The notes beneath the pieces are model-generated. The model saw only the letters and a list, made by a program, of their open reading frames with translations, had not been told where the DNA came from and searched no databases. From Ruminococcus sp. (GTDB taxonomy: Bacteria > Bacillota > Clostridia > Oscillospirales > Acutalibacteraceae): a stretch of DNA of 60,895 bases. The stretch is taken from assembly GCA_045535715.1 (NCBI GenBank), contig JAZSME010000070.1, positions 1 through 60,895 on the forward strand. The letters are read 5' to 3'. How positions within the stretch are numbered: the first letter of the stretch is position 1; each line of letters opens with the position of its first letter. A program made the position numbers and the translations under genes. Below, piece by piece: positions 44,101-52,663 of the stretch.

Positions 44101-46767
44101 ATTCTCTTTACCCTCACCGATAACGGAAACGGCACTTACACCTTAAGCTACGATACCTCCGAGTGTAAGCACACCTCTCACAACCTCAGCGGAATCTGTT
44201 CCTTCTGCGGCGAGGAAACTTCTCATAACTTCAGAACAGGCTCCTGCACGATCTGCTCAAAGCCTTGCACACACAGCTTCACAGAAGGTGTCTGCACAGT
44301 CTGCGATTATCCCTGCAGACACAGCTTCTATCAGGGTGAGTGCGTAGTATGTAAGACACCCTGCGAGCACAACTTTGAGAAAGGCTTCTGCACAGTATGC
44401 TCCGCCCCTTGCGCTCACAGCTTCAATGAGGGCATCTGCACAATTTGTCAGAAGGAATGCACTCACATCTACAAAAACGGAGTCTGCACCATCTGCGAGA
44501 TTCCTTGCTCTCACAGCTTTAATGACGGAATGTGCATCACCTGCAAAAAGCCCTGTGACCACAGCTTTGAAAACGGCATCTGCACCATCTGTAACGGCTC
44601 CTGCTCTCACATCTTTGAACTGGGCTTCTGTACCCTTTGCTCAAAGGCTCACGAGGAGCACACCTACGAGGACACAGCCTGCACAGTCTGCGGTGCTCCT
44701 GCTCCCGATTTCTATCTCTTCGGATACATCAACGGCAAGGTTTATGCCTGCGGTGAAGACGAGGAAAACACAGGTATCTATAAATTCACAAACGGAACTC
44801 TCAAGGCAATCTTTACTGAACCCAGCTTCGTCTCCGTAAAGAGAGCCGACAACTCCGAGTGGTATCTCCCCGACTCTGAGTTAACCGACGAATATTCCGC
44901 TGTCCTTTGTCCCTCTGCTCAGGTTGGCGCAGGAGACGGACTCTTTGTCCCCAAGGGTCGCCTTGTGACCTTCAGTCTTTCGTATAACGGCGACGGCACC
45001 TACACCTTAAGCTACACCCTTGCCCCCTGCCGTCATATCTCTCACGACACAGACTCCATTTGTCTCTCCTGCGGTGAGGCTGTTCCTCACAGTTTTGAGG
45101 ATGGCGTCTGCACCGTCTGCGCCCTTACTTGCACTCACAGCTTTGAGGATGGAATCTGCAGAGACTGCGCATATAAATGCACTCACAGCTTCGAGGAGGG
45201 TGTCTGCACAGATTGCGATACCACCTGCGTTCACTCCTTCGAAAACGGCAAATGCACAAACTGCCTGATGCTCTGCAAGCATTCCTGGGAAAACGGCCTC
45301 TGCACCATCTGCTCAAGCCTCTGTGACCACATCCTCTGCGAAGAGGGCTGTAAGGTTTGCAAGAAGGACTTTGATTTCTATCTTGCAGGCTATATAAACG
45401 GAAACCACGAAGGCTGTGAAGAGAACTTTGAGCTTCTGACTCCCTACCTCTTCCAAAACGGCAAAACCTCCGTAGCATTTACAAGCGACAGCTACGTTTT
45501 CCTCAAGACACATGAGGGCGAATTCTTCTTTATGACAGAGGACGGCACCTTCGAAAGTGAAGACTTTGGCGCTCAGGATATGATGTATATTCCTGCAGGG
45601 GTTAATCTTACCTTCACCTTAAGGTTTGAAAACGGTGAGATTTTCCTTGATAAGTCCATCACTTCCTGCGACCATATAAATCACTCGAAAGAGGGTGTCT
45701 GCACCTTCTGCGAGGCTTCGGTTTCACACAGCTTTAATAATTCCTACTGCACGGTCTGCGGTTTAAGAGAGACTCAAGTGGATATCACCCTTCCCGAAAT
45801 CAGCGCAAAGTACGCTTACCTCTCAGATAAAGACGGCTTTACTTACTCGGTTGTTTTCTCCCCTCTCAACTTTGAGATTGAGGAAGCCGAAGCAGGTCTT
45901 CTTCTCTTTACCTCCTCTGAGGGAGAGCTTACCTTTGCTAACGCTCACAGCGTAGTCCCCGGTATTTCCTCAAAGGGTACGGATTTTGAGGTTCACACCG
46001 AGAAGCTTCATCCCAAGACTCTCGGTGACACAGTTTACCTGAGAGTTTACGCAAAGCTTTCCGACGGAAGCTTCGTTTACAGCCACGTAATTCCTTATAG
46101 CGGTGCTCAGTATGCTTACTCAGTTCTCAGAAGCGCTTCCGGCACACAAGCCGAAAAGGCTTATGCGGTCTCACTTCTTGACTTCATCTCTCAGATGCAG
46201 ATCTTCTCAGACTACAACACAGAAAAGCTTGCAAACGAGGAGCTCACCGAAGAGGAAAAGTCCCTTACCGCTTCCTACCAGAGCACAATGGCACAGAAAG
46301 TCAAAGCTCCCGAAAAAGACAAGTGCACAAACTTCACCCGAAATGCACAGCTCGACGTGCTTTATCCCACCGCCATACTGAATGACGGAATTTACAGCTT
46401 AAATATCAACCTGAAACTCAGAAATGAGCTTTCAGAAGAGGTGACTCTCTACTACTGGGATGAGAACACCTACTGCGCTGAGAGCGTTCTCACAAAGGAG
46501 AACGCAAGCGGTGTCATCACAATGACACTTTGCGATGACGGCACCTACAAGGCAGAGCTTCCTTATGTAAACATCTCTCAGATGAACAGCGCAGTTTACT
46601 TTGCTGTCACCTACAAGCTTTCGGGCTTCGAGTACTCCTTGGGAGTCAACGCTCTGAGCCTCTCTCAGTATCTGAGCCTTGAGGCAGAAAACGCTGAGAG
46701 CCCCACCCGCGCTCTCGCACAGGCATCCGTAGTTTACGGATATTACGCAAAGAATCTCCTCTCATAA
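41173..46767 (+). CDS. Giant secreted protein: YkuD/L,D-transpeptidase-like head, SH3-like, Cys/His-repeat stalk, conserved C-terminal domain
   Basis: ATG 41173 behind AGGAGG; signal peptide; INIH-x16-SEGCQV; GEYWYRV SH3-like; about 21 H-x5-7-CxxC units; paralogous to the next gene. Confidence 0.8.
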   Translation: MKCSIFRRVFSVLLVICLLLTAIPFAAPLMEVSAVSGVNSLTCAGFISNATARNYIDTMMRYYINSSSTLQSTLDNGNSVVFMFEGGSDNYWNGTTYSDNDYSYRTQAVCIVVKKNSAGNAYIDYYCENSSSIPAEPSWCTNGVAYSGSTTLMDGTYAFYTWNHTGPYAAFQIDLSSSSGYCYYTPTANPNGYKAGASGINIHTRSTAYNGGSSIGWAWSEGCQVIGYGNDSSNEFNAFMKSVTGITWNPWISWTNKTLNTWGTTGTYKGYFVVDRQLGMIGTNGTQYGTGSLINLYNTTALTNITAKSTAARKAAGITEVTDYVSQCTFYPAYGKLTCTGTDVWSRTLPCYASVNSSTAAISVFNKGDVLTCTGLVKNTVGEYWYRVQGSNGSNLYIRAAYMDFTEEYLSDITLKNHTKPNGHVYDTGFVVDGTISTTYNKLTAVSAYVHTGFGTNGATSTGHRVTVSNNTYNLSGSTVDSNVWMNVVPQGPNTMAIKAEYINYYVLNDTTLKSNTGTVLLAEDYFMVIPASANQSSCSHTYQSYVVGGGSVSCTATAKTVKACTTCGLIASITDSPGSHSFSDWVITEATCTTSGSKVRTCTACSEKETVEIPKTGHDYSAVTIAPTCLDYEKTVYTCKHCKDSYTEVKTPGYSEWTYTKPEGIDESLMETKTEYRYSDYEEIKNSSASTSGYTQVNKEWKESKTGTVYYVPSWPSGFDKTSSIYNEYNGTKKTASETADAKTVINSDGLNGYLYYHWCYQDSYYSLSSKNGSYTIFHAYYATGNPSNYPCDTSDMSYKTGNTACCTNSDWYFVTNVNAQKYTEYTALYTHARWTDFTEWSETPATASDTRRVETRTKYRYYIDSPLGDHNYVNGICDLCGKNEASDSMYLFGFINGADYGYGDDSATIGIYKFTDGKLTASFSTDSYVGVKKGDNSAWFMATEYPGDNATSIVLQNADGIANPEKLRVPRGKEILFTLTDNGNGTYTLSYDTSECKHTSHNLSGICSFCGEETSHNFRTGSCTICSKPCTHSFTEGVCTVCDYPCRHSFYQGECVVCKTPCEHNFEKGFCTVCSAPCAHSFNEGICTICQKECTHIYKNGVCTICEIPCSHSFNDGMCITCKKPCDHSFENGICTICNGSCSHIFELGFCTLCSKAHEEHTYEDTACTVCGAPAPDFYLFGYINGKVYACGEDEENTGIYKFTNGTLKAIFTEPSFVSVKRADNSEWYLPDSELTDEYSAVLCPSAQVGAGDGLFVPKGRLVTFSLSYNGDGTYTLSYTLAPCRHISHDTDSICLSCGEAVPHSFEDGVCTVCALTCTHSFEDGICRDCAYKCTHSFEEGVCTDCDTTCVHSFENGKCTNCLMLCKHSWENGLCTICSSLCDHILCEEGCKVCKKDFDFYLAGYINGNHEGCEENFELLTPYLFQNGKTSVAFTSDSYVFLKTHEGEFFFMTEDGTFESEDFGAQDMMYIPAGVNLTFTLRFENGEIFLDKSITSCDHINHSKEGVCTFCEASVSHSFNNSYCTVCGLRETQVDITLPEISAKYAYLSDKDGFTYSVVFSPLNFEIEEAEAGLLLFTSSEGELTFANAHSVVPGISSKGTDFEVHTEKLHPKTLGDTVYLRVYAKLSDGSFVYSHVIPYSGAQYAYSVLRSASGTQAEKAYAVSLLDFISQMQIFSDYNTEKLANEELTEEEKSLTASYQSTMAQKVKAPEKDKCTNFTRNAQLDVLYPTAILNDGIYSLNINLKLRNELSEEVTLYYWDENTYCAESVLTKENASGVITMTLCDDGTYKAELPYVNISQMNSAVYFAVTYKLSGFEYSLGVNALSLSQYLSLEAENAESPTRALAQASVVYGYYAKNLLS
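44164..45759 (+). repeat. Coding tandem repeats (16 aa/48 nt) CxHxFxxGxCxxC in three blocks
   Basis: For example PCTHSFTEGVCTVCDY PCRHSFYQGECVVCKT PCEHNFEKGFCTVCSA; blocks of 11, 7 and 2 CxxC units. Confidence 0.9.
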
Positions 46768-46836
46768 GCAGGGACTCTTTGCAAAGAAAAATTACGGATA
46801 AATCAGAAGAAAGGAGAGCATCGCTCAAAGGAGCCG

Positions 46837-49800
46837 ATGCAAAAAATCATTATGAAACTGATAAAAAAATGCCTGTGCCTGTTACTTGCGCTTACAACGG
46901 TGTTTTCCCTTGTAACCTATGCACCCTTGTCCCATATCCATGCGCTGGAAGCAAGCTCTTACATCGCATCTACATACGCATCTAACATAAACATTAAAAC
47001 AAACCTTGTGACAGGGCTCTACGACGTTCCCTCAAAGGAGGGAAACCAAAGGTACAGCATAGGGAAGGACACGAAGCTTCATGCTGTGGCACTTCACAAA
47101 AACACCTCGGGTGAGTACTGGTATCAGGTTATCTACTACAACCTCACCCTCTACGTAAAGGGCGCCGACACTACCTTTGTCTCTCATCTGACAGGCGACG
47201 TATGCGCCAAAAATCTCCAGTCCCCCGCCGCCCTTCAGTATGGCTCAGGTTTTCCCATCGGCGGTGAGGTCACCTCATCTTACAACGACATCGGAGAGAT
47301 AAGAGCCTCCCTCTATGAGGGCTCACGCCTGACACGAGAGCCTGTGCTCACCTCCGCTGACAATGTAAACGGCAAGTACTACAACCTGAGCGGAAGCACT
47401 GTTGACACAAATCTCTGGTTCAATCTCCTCTCCACAGGAGTCTACACCTACGTGGTGTCCGCTGAGGCAAAGAGCCACTACGTCGGCGCTGACGGCTCAC
47501 TCAAAACCTCATCTATTGACGTGTTCGTAGAGGAAAAGCAGTGCGTTGTCACCAGCATATCAAACCCCAACCCCGTACTCCATCGAGGCATAGACGTCTC
47601 CGTCTGGAACGGCGACGTTGACTGGGCAGCCGTTGCAACTCAGGTCGATTTCGTAATTCTCAGAGCCTCATGGGAGGAAACAGCAGACACTAAGTTTTCC
47701 ACCAACGCCAAGGGCTGCGAGGCTAACGGCATCCCCTACGGTGTCTATGTTTACTCCTACGCTGAAACAGCAGAAGAGGCAATAGGAGAAGCTGAGTATG
47801 TTCTCTCCCTGGTAGATAACTACGATCTCTCACTTCCCATCTACTTCGACTTTGAAGATGAGTGTCAGATGAACCTCAGCACCGATATGAAGAAGACGGT
47901 TGTAAAGGCATTCTGCGACACCATTTACGCTGCCGGATATCAGCCCGGTATCTATACATACAAATGGATCCTTACAAGCGTGCTCACCGACGCCTACTTC
48001 AAGACTCTGCCCACATGGGTAGCTGAGATAAACGGCGCAAGCTACACATCCTACGCAGGCGGTCTTACAATGTGGCAGTATTCCTGGACAGGCAGATTCA
48101 ACGGCATGAGCGGTGACGTTGACTGCAACTATATGTACGGCGAGCTTCCCGGCGTTCACTCCGCCGACAAGACTTACCTCAAGAGCTGTGAGTACTACCC
48201 CTCAAATCTTACTGTTACTCTCAACGCAAACGCTAATGTGAGACAGTATCCCTCTACCGACTACACCCTTATGAAGACCCTCAGTTCAGGAGACACCCTT
48301 CACGTTACAGGTCTTTACAAAAACACCTACGGCAATTTCTGGTATCAGATCGAGCATAACGGAGAGACAGGCTATATCGGCTCCGAATACGCCGACGTTG
48401 TGGAATACCGCTTCGATGATATTTCCGTTAAGAATCCTCAGATGGCAGGCAACCTGAATTCAGGAAGCGGTTATTACATCCGCGGAGACCTCTCCTCTGT
48501 TTACAACAATCTTCTCACCGTAAACACCAGAGTATATCTCGGCGAGGACACCGACGGAGATCCCGTTCTCAGCTCAAGTTACAGCCCCGACAGCAAGTTC
48601 TATTCTCTCTATAAGAGCGAGGTTGACTACGGTCTTGCCTTCGGTACTCAGAGCACAGGCTACTACACCTACGAGATTTCCGCTGACGTGAAGAACTACT
48701 CAGCTTCAGGCAAAACACTCTCAAGCAAGACCGAGAATGTAGTTGTCTGGACCGCACCCTACACAGTAAACAACTCAGCCATCGTTCCCCCTGAGTCCAC
48801 AGCCTGCTCTCACAACATCGTGACTCAGAGCGCAAAGGCTCCCACCTGTACCGAAACAGGACTTACCGAGGGCAGCTACTGCTCACTGTGTTCTGAGGTC
48901 TTTGCAACTCAGACTGTGATTCCCGCAAACGGCCACAGCTACACTCAGAGACACATAGCCGCCACCTGCCTCGAGAGAGAGCACATACTCTTTAACTGCC
49001 TTGACTGCGGCGATACCTACAAGGAGTTTTCAGGCGACAGCCACAGCCAGTGGAGCGAAACAAAGCCCGAGGGCGTGGACGAAAGTCTCATTGAGACAAA
49101 GACACAGTACAGCTTCAGCGAGTATCAGACCATCAAGAGCTACCAGACCTCCGTTGAGGGCTATACTCTCATCAACAAGGAGTGGGAGAGTCAGGGCGAG
49201 AAAACTCAGGAATGCGTAAAAGAGTGGCCCTCAGGCTTTGACACCACCCACTCGCTCTATTCCAAGTACAACAAAACTCCCAAAGCGGATTACACAGATA
49301 CCTACTATGTCAAGACAGAGCTTGGCTCTGAGGAGATAATAGGATATATCTACTACCACTGGTGCACAAATGCTTACAAGGACGGTCCCTATAACCGCTT
49401 TACAAGCAAGGAAAAGACCGACACCTATCCCTGCTTCCATGCGTTTTACAGCACCAAAGCCCCCGAAGAGTCCGATACCACCGCTTCTGACGGCAGCGTA
49501 AGATACGATAATCTCAGCTGCTGCGGTGACACCTACTGGTATTACAACGTCCCCGTTTACAAGCAGACCTACACAGATTACAAGGCACTCTACACCCACT
49601 CAATCTGGACAGCCTACTCTGAGTGGAGCGACGAGGAAGTCACAGCCTCCTGGGACAGAAACGTCAAGACCCGCACACTTTACAGATATCTGTATGAAGA
49701 CGCTCTGGGCGACCACTCCTATGACAACGGCGTCTGCGTTGTCTGCGGTGAGAAACAGCCTCTTCAGGATATGTGTCTCTTCGGATTTATCAACGGCTTC

Positions 49801-52506
49801 GACTATGCCGACAAGGAAGATTACGAATATCTGGGCTCCTACTGCTTCTCTGAAGGAAAGCTTGTGACCACCTTTACCGAGGACAGCTACGTAGGCGTCA
49901 AGACAGTTGATAACGAAAGATGGTATATGACCAACGGCTATCCCGGCGACCACGTCACCTCCGCTATCCTCTACAACACCGATGTTCTGGAGTATCAGGG
50001 CGACAAGCTCTTTGTTCCCAAGGGAAGAGAGATCACCTTCACTCTGGAGGATCTGGGAAATGACTCCTTCGTTCTCAGCTACACAGCCGCACCCTGTCTG
50101 CACGAAAGACACAATACTCAGGGCGAGTGTGTTCTCTGCGGAGCCGCCACCGAGCACAACTACTCTCACGGCGGATGCCTTGTCTGCGGTGCCACCTGCC
50201 CCCACACTTACAGCTACGGCGTGTGTATGCTCTGCTCCCTCCCCTGCACCCACGAAGCCTTTGAAAACGGACTTTGCACCACCTGCGAAACTCCCTGCTC
50301 TCACGGCACATACGAAAACGGCTTCTGCACCATCTGTCTTAAGGAGTGCGAGCATAATTTCAAAAACGGTCTCTGCACCAAATGCAGAACAGCCTGCGAC
50401 CACAGCTTCCTTCAGGGTGAATGTACGATCTGCAAAAAGCCCTGTTCACCTCACATTTTCGAGGACGGCTTCTGCACACTCTGTCAGCAGGCACAGAACC
50501 TCTATTTCCTTACAGGCAACATAAACGGCAAGGAGATCTCTGACGAAACCTACTCCTTCACAGACGGAACGCTTCAGCTTACTTTCACCGAGGACAGCTA
50601 CGTTTACGTTATGAACAGAGAAAAGGTTTCCTTTATGTCTCTCTATGAAGTATCCGAAAGCTCTGAGGTTATTCTTTACAGCAGCGAGCTTCTGGGAGAT
50701 GCAGGAGAGAAGATCTTCATCAAAAAGGACACCACTGCAAGCTTTACTCTCTCTGATAACGGAGACGAGACCCTGACTCTTTCTCTGAAGCTTACCTCCT
50801 GCCAACACAAAAATCACAACTCAGAGGCTCTTTGCACAAATTGCGGCACAAAGGTTTCTCACAGCTTCACAGAAGAGGGAATCTGCTCTGTCTGCTCCTT
50901 TGAGTGCAGTCACTCCTTTGAGGGCTCCCTCTGCACCATTTGCGGTTTTTGCTGTACTCACAGCTTTGAAAACGGCTCCTGCGACCTCTGCGGTGAGAGC
51001 TGCAGCCACCTTTGGGAAGAGGGCATCTGCTCTATTTGCAAAGAAGTCTGCCCTCACAGCTTCAGAGACGGCTCCTGCGACCTCTGCCACCTTGACTGCC
51101 GACATAACATCAAGGACGGAATTTGCACTACTTGCGGTAAGGCTCTGAGCTTTACCCTTGCAGGTCTCATAAACGGCAGCCACAAGGGCTGTGAGGAGGA
51201 TTTCCTCAGCACCGCCCCCTATCCCTTCACCAATAAGAAGCTCACCCTCACCACAACCGAGGACAGCTTCGTATTCCTCAAGACCACCGACAACCGCTGT
51301 CTCTTCCTTCCCAAGGAAACCACCTTTGAGACTTCCGCTGAGCTCTTCTCCTCAGAGGAGGCTGACGCTCAGAAGATGCTCTTTGTCCCCGGCGGTGTCA
51401 AAGCTGAGTTCACACTCGCTTTCAGCGGTGAGAATGTCATCACCTTAAGCTACGAGATCCTCAGCTGTGATCACATCAAGAGAAACAGCGGCGGTGTCTG
51501 CGTGGTTTGCTCCCACGTGGAAGCCACTCCTGCGGTCACTCTCAAATACGCAGAGCTCACTTTAGAGGAAAAGCTCAGATACAGAGTTTATTTTGACACC
51601 GAAAACTTAGACGATTTAAGCGAAAGCAATATGGGTATTGCGGTGTTTGAAGATGCTGACCCCGATGGCACCGTGGAGACCGCCTCAAGGCTTTACAGCA
51701 GTAAAAAAGCGGAAAACGGCTACCTTTTCGCCGAGACAGATCCCCTCTATGCTCACACCCTATCGGACACAGTTTACTTCAGAGCATTCGCCACCCTCTC
51801 TGACGGAAGCTACGTTTACAGCGACCTTATGAGCTTCAGCGGTTCGCAATACGCTCAGTCCGTAATCAGACAAAGCAACAGCTCCTATGATGAAAAGGCG
51901 CTGATGGTTTCGCTTCTCAACTACGGCGCAGAGCTTCAGAAGTTCTATGATTACAACACAGACCGCCTTATGAACGCAGACCTCACAGAGAAGGAACAGG
52001 CCTACGCTCTCAGCTACTCTCCTCAGATGTTAAAGAAGAGCGAAAGAGTAAGCACAGAGAAAGCAGGCGAGTTTTTAAAGAACGCTCAGAACATAGTCTT
52101 CTATCCCATTGTGAAGTACGATTGCGAGCTCTTCGGCTTCGAGGTGGTACTCAAATCAAAGGACGCTGTGGGAAATGCGGACTTCTTCTACTGGGAGGAG
52201 AGCGCTTTCGAAAGCTGTGACGTACTCACCCGCGAGAACGCTTCAGGCTCGGTGCCCTTCAGCAACGTAAACGGTCAGTATCACGTTTCTCTCTACGACG
52301 TCTACGCAAAGGACCTCTCTGACACACTTTACATTGCAATGCAGTACAGAAACGAAGCAGGCGAGCTTTGCTCCACAGGCATTCTCTCTTACAGCGTGGC
52401 AGATTTTATGTCCGTTGACGCAGAAAACGAAAATGCTGAGAATCATACTCTTGCAAAATCAGCTCTGGTTTATGCCTACTACGCAGAGAGCTTCTTCGGA
52501 AACTGA
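46837..52506 (+). CDS. Giant secreted GH25 muramidase with SH3-like domains, Cys/His-repeat stalk and conserved C-terminal domain
   Basis: Signal peptide; GIDVSVWNGDVDW, YFDFE, WQYS and VDCN (GH25); NVRQYPS...WYQI SH3b; same stalk as the upstream paralogue; start may be 46852. Confidence 0.85.
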   Translation: MQKIIMKLIKKCLCLLLALTTVFSLVTYAPLSHIHALEASSYIASTYASNINIKTNLVTGLYDVPSKEGNQRYSIGKDTKLHAVALHKNTSGEYWYQVIYYNLTLYVKGADTTFVSHLTGDVCAKNLQSPAALQYGSGFPIGGEVTSSYNDIGEIRASLYEGSRLTREPVLTSADNVNGKYYNLSGSTVDTNLWFNLLSTGVYTYVVSAEAKSHYVGADGSLKTSSIDVFVEEKQCVVTSISNPNPVLHRGIDVSVWNGDVDWAAVATQVDFVILRASWEETADTKFSTNAKGCEANGIPYGVYVYSYAETAEEAIGEAEYVLSLVDNYDLSLPIYFDFEDECQMNLSTDMKKTVVKAFCDTIYAAGYQPGIYTYKWILTSVLTDAYFKTLPTWVAEINGASYTSYAGGLTMWQYSWTGRFNGMSGDVDCNYMYGELPGVHSADKTYLKSCEYYPSNLTVTLNANANVRQYPSTDYTLMKTLSSGDTLHVTGLYKNTYGNFWYQIEHNGETGYIGSEYADVVEYRFDDISVKNPQMAGNLNSGSGYYIRGDLSSVYNNLLTVNTRVYLGEDTDGDPVLSSSYSPDSKFYSLYKSEVDYGLAFGTQSTGYYTYEISADVKNYSASGKTLSSKTENVVVWTAPYTVNNSAIVPPESTACSHNIVTQSAKAPTCTETGLTEGSYCSLCSEVFATQTVIPANGHSYTQRHIAATCLEREHILFNCLDCGDTYKEFSGDSHSQWSETKPEGVDESLIETKTQYSFSEYQTIKSYQTSVEGYTLINKEWESQGEKTQECVKEWPSGFDTTHSLYSKYNKTPKADYTDTYYVKTELGSEEIIGYIYYHWCTNAYKDGPYNRFTSKEKTDTYPCFHAFYSTKAPEESDTTASDGSVRYDNLSCCGDTYWYYNVPVYKQTYTDYKALYTHSIWTAYSEWSDEEVTASWDRNVKTRTLYRYLYEDALGDHSYDNGVCVVCGEKQPLQDMCLFGFINGFDYADKEDYEYLGSYCFSEGKLVTTFTEDSYVGVKTVDNERWYMTNGYPGDHVTSAILYNTDVLEYQGDKLFVPKGREITFTLEDLGNDSFVLSYTAAPCLHERHNTQGECVLCGAATEHNYSHGGCLVCGATCPHTYSYGVCMLCSLPCTHEAFENGLCTTCETPCSHGTYENGFCTICLKECEHNFKNGLCTKCRTACDHSFLQGECTICKKPCSPHIFEDGFCTLCQQAQNLYFLTGNINGKEISDETYSFTDGTLQLTFTEDSYVYVMNREKVSFMSLYEVSESSEVILYSSELLGDAGEKIFIKKDTTASFTLSDNGDETLTLSLKLTSCQHKNHNSEALCTNCGTKVSHSFTEEGICSVCSFECSHSFEGSLCTICGFCCTHSFENGSCDLCGESCSHLWEEGICSICKEVCPHSFRDGSCDLCHLDCRHNIKDGICTTCGKALSFTLAGLINGSHKGCEEDFLSTAPYPFTNKKLTLTTTEDSFVFLKTTDNRCLFLPKETTFETSAELFSSEEADAQKMLFVPGGVKAEFTLAFSGENVITLSYEILSCDHIKRNSGGVCVVCSHVEATPAVTLKYAELTLEEKLRYRVYFDTENLDDLSESNMGIAVFEDADPDGTVETASRLYSSKKAENGYLFAETDPLYAHTLSDTVYFRAFATLSDGSYVYSDLMSFSGSQYAQSVIRQSNSSYDEKALMVSLLNYGAELQKFYDYNTDRLMNADLTEKEQAYALSYSPQMLKKSERVSTEKAGEFLKNAQNIVFYPIVKYDCELFGFEVVLKSKDAVGNADFFYWEESAFESCDVLTRENASGSVPFSNVNGQYHVSLYDVYAKDLSDTLYIAMQYRNEAGELCSTGILSYSVADFMSVDAENENAENHTLAKSALVYAYYAESFFGN
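50095..51510 (+). repeat. Coding tandem repeats CxHxFxxGxCxxC in three blocks
   Basis: Blocks of 8, 7 and 1 CxxC units, for example ECEHNFKNGLCTKCRT ACDHSFLQGECTICKK. Confidence 0.88.
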
Positions 52507-52522
52507 CTTTAAGAAAACACAC

Positions 52523-52565
52523 AAAAAAGTGTCGGCGCCCTTTTGGGTACCGACACTTTATTTTT
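52523..52565 (+). terminator. Intrinsic terminator
   Basis: AAAGTGTCGG/CCGACACTTT stem plus T tract. Confidence 0.78.
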
Positions 52566-52663
52566 ATTATCTCAGCTTTTGCTCAGAGGCTCCTTGAACA
52601 TTCCCCATTTTGTTGAAAAAAGATACAAATGGTAGTATAATGAAAGGGTAATACAGAGAGAGG

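Noticed and set aside
44164-51510. Multiheme cytochrome interpretation of the Cys/His repeats
   Set aside because: His precedes rather than follows CxxC. Only one CxxCH (CDLCH) occurs among about 38 units, consistent with chance.
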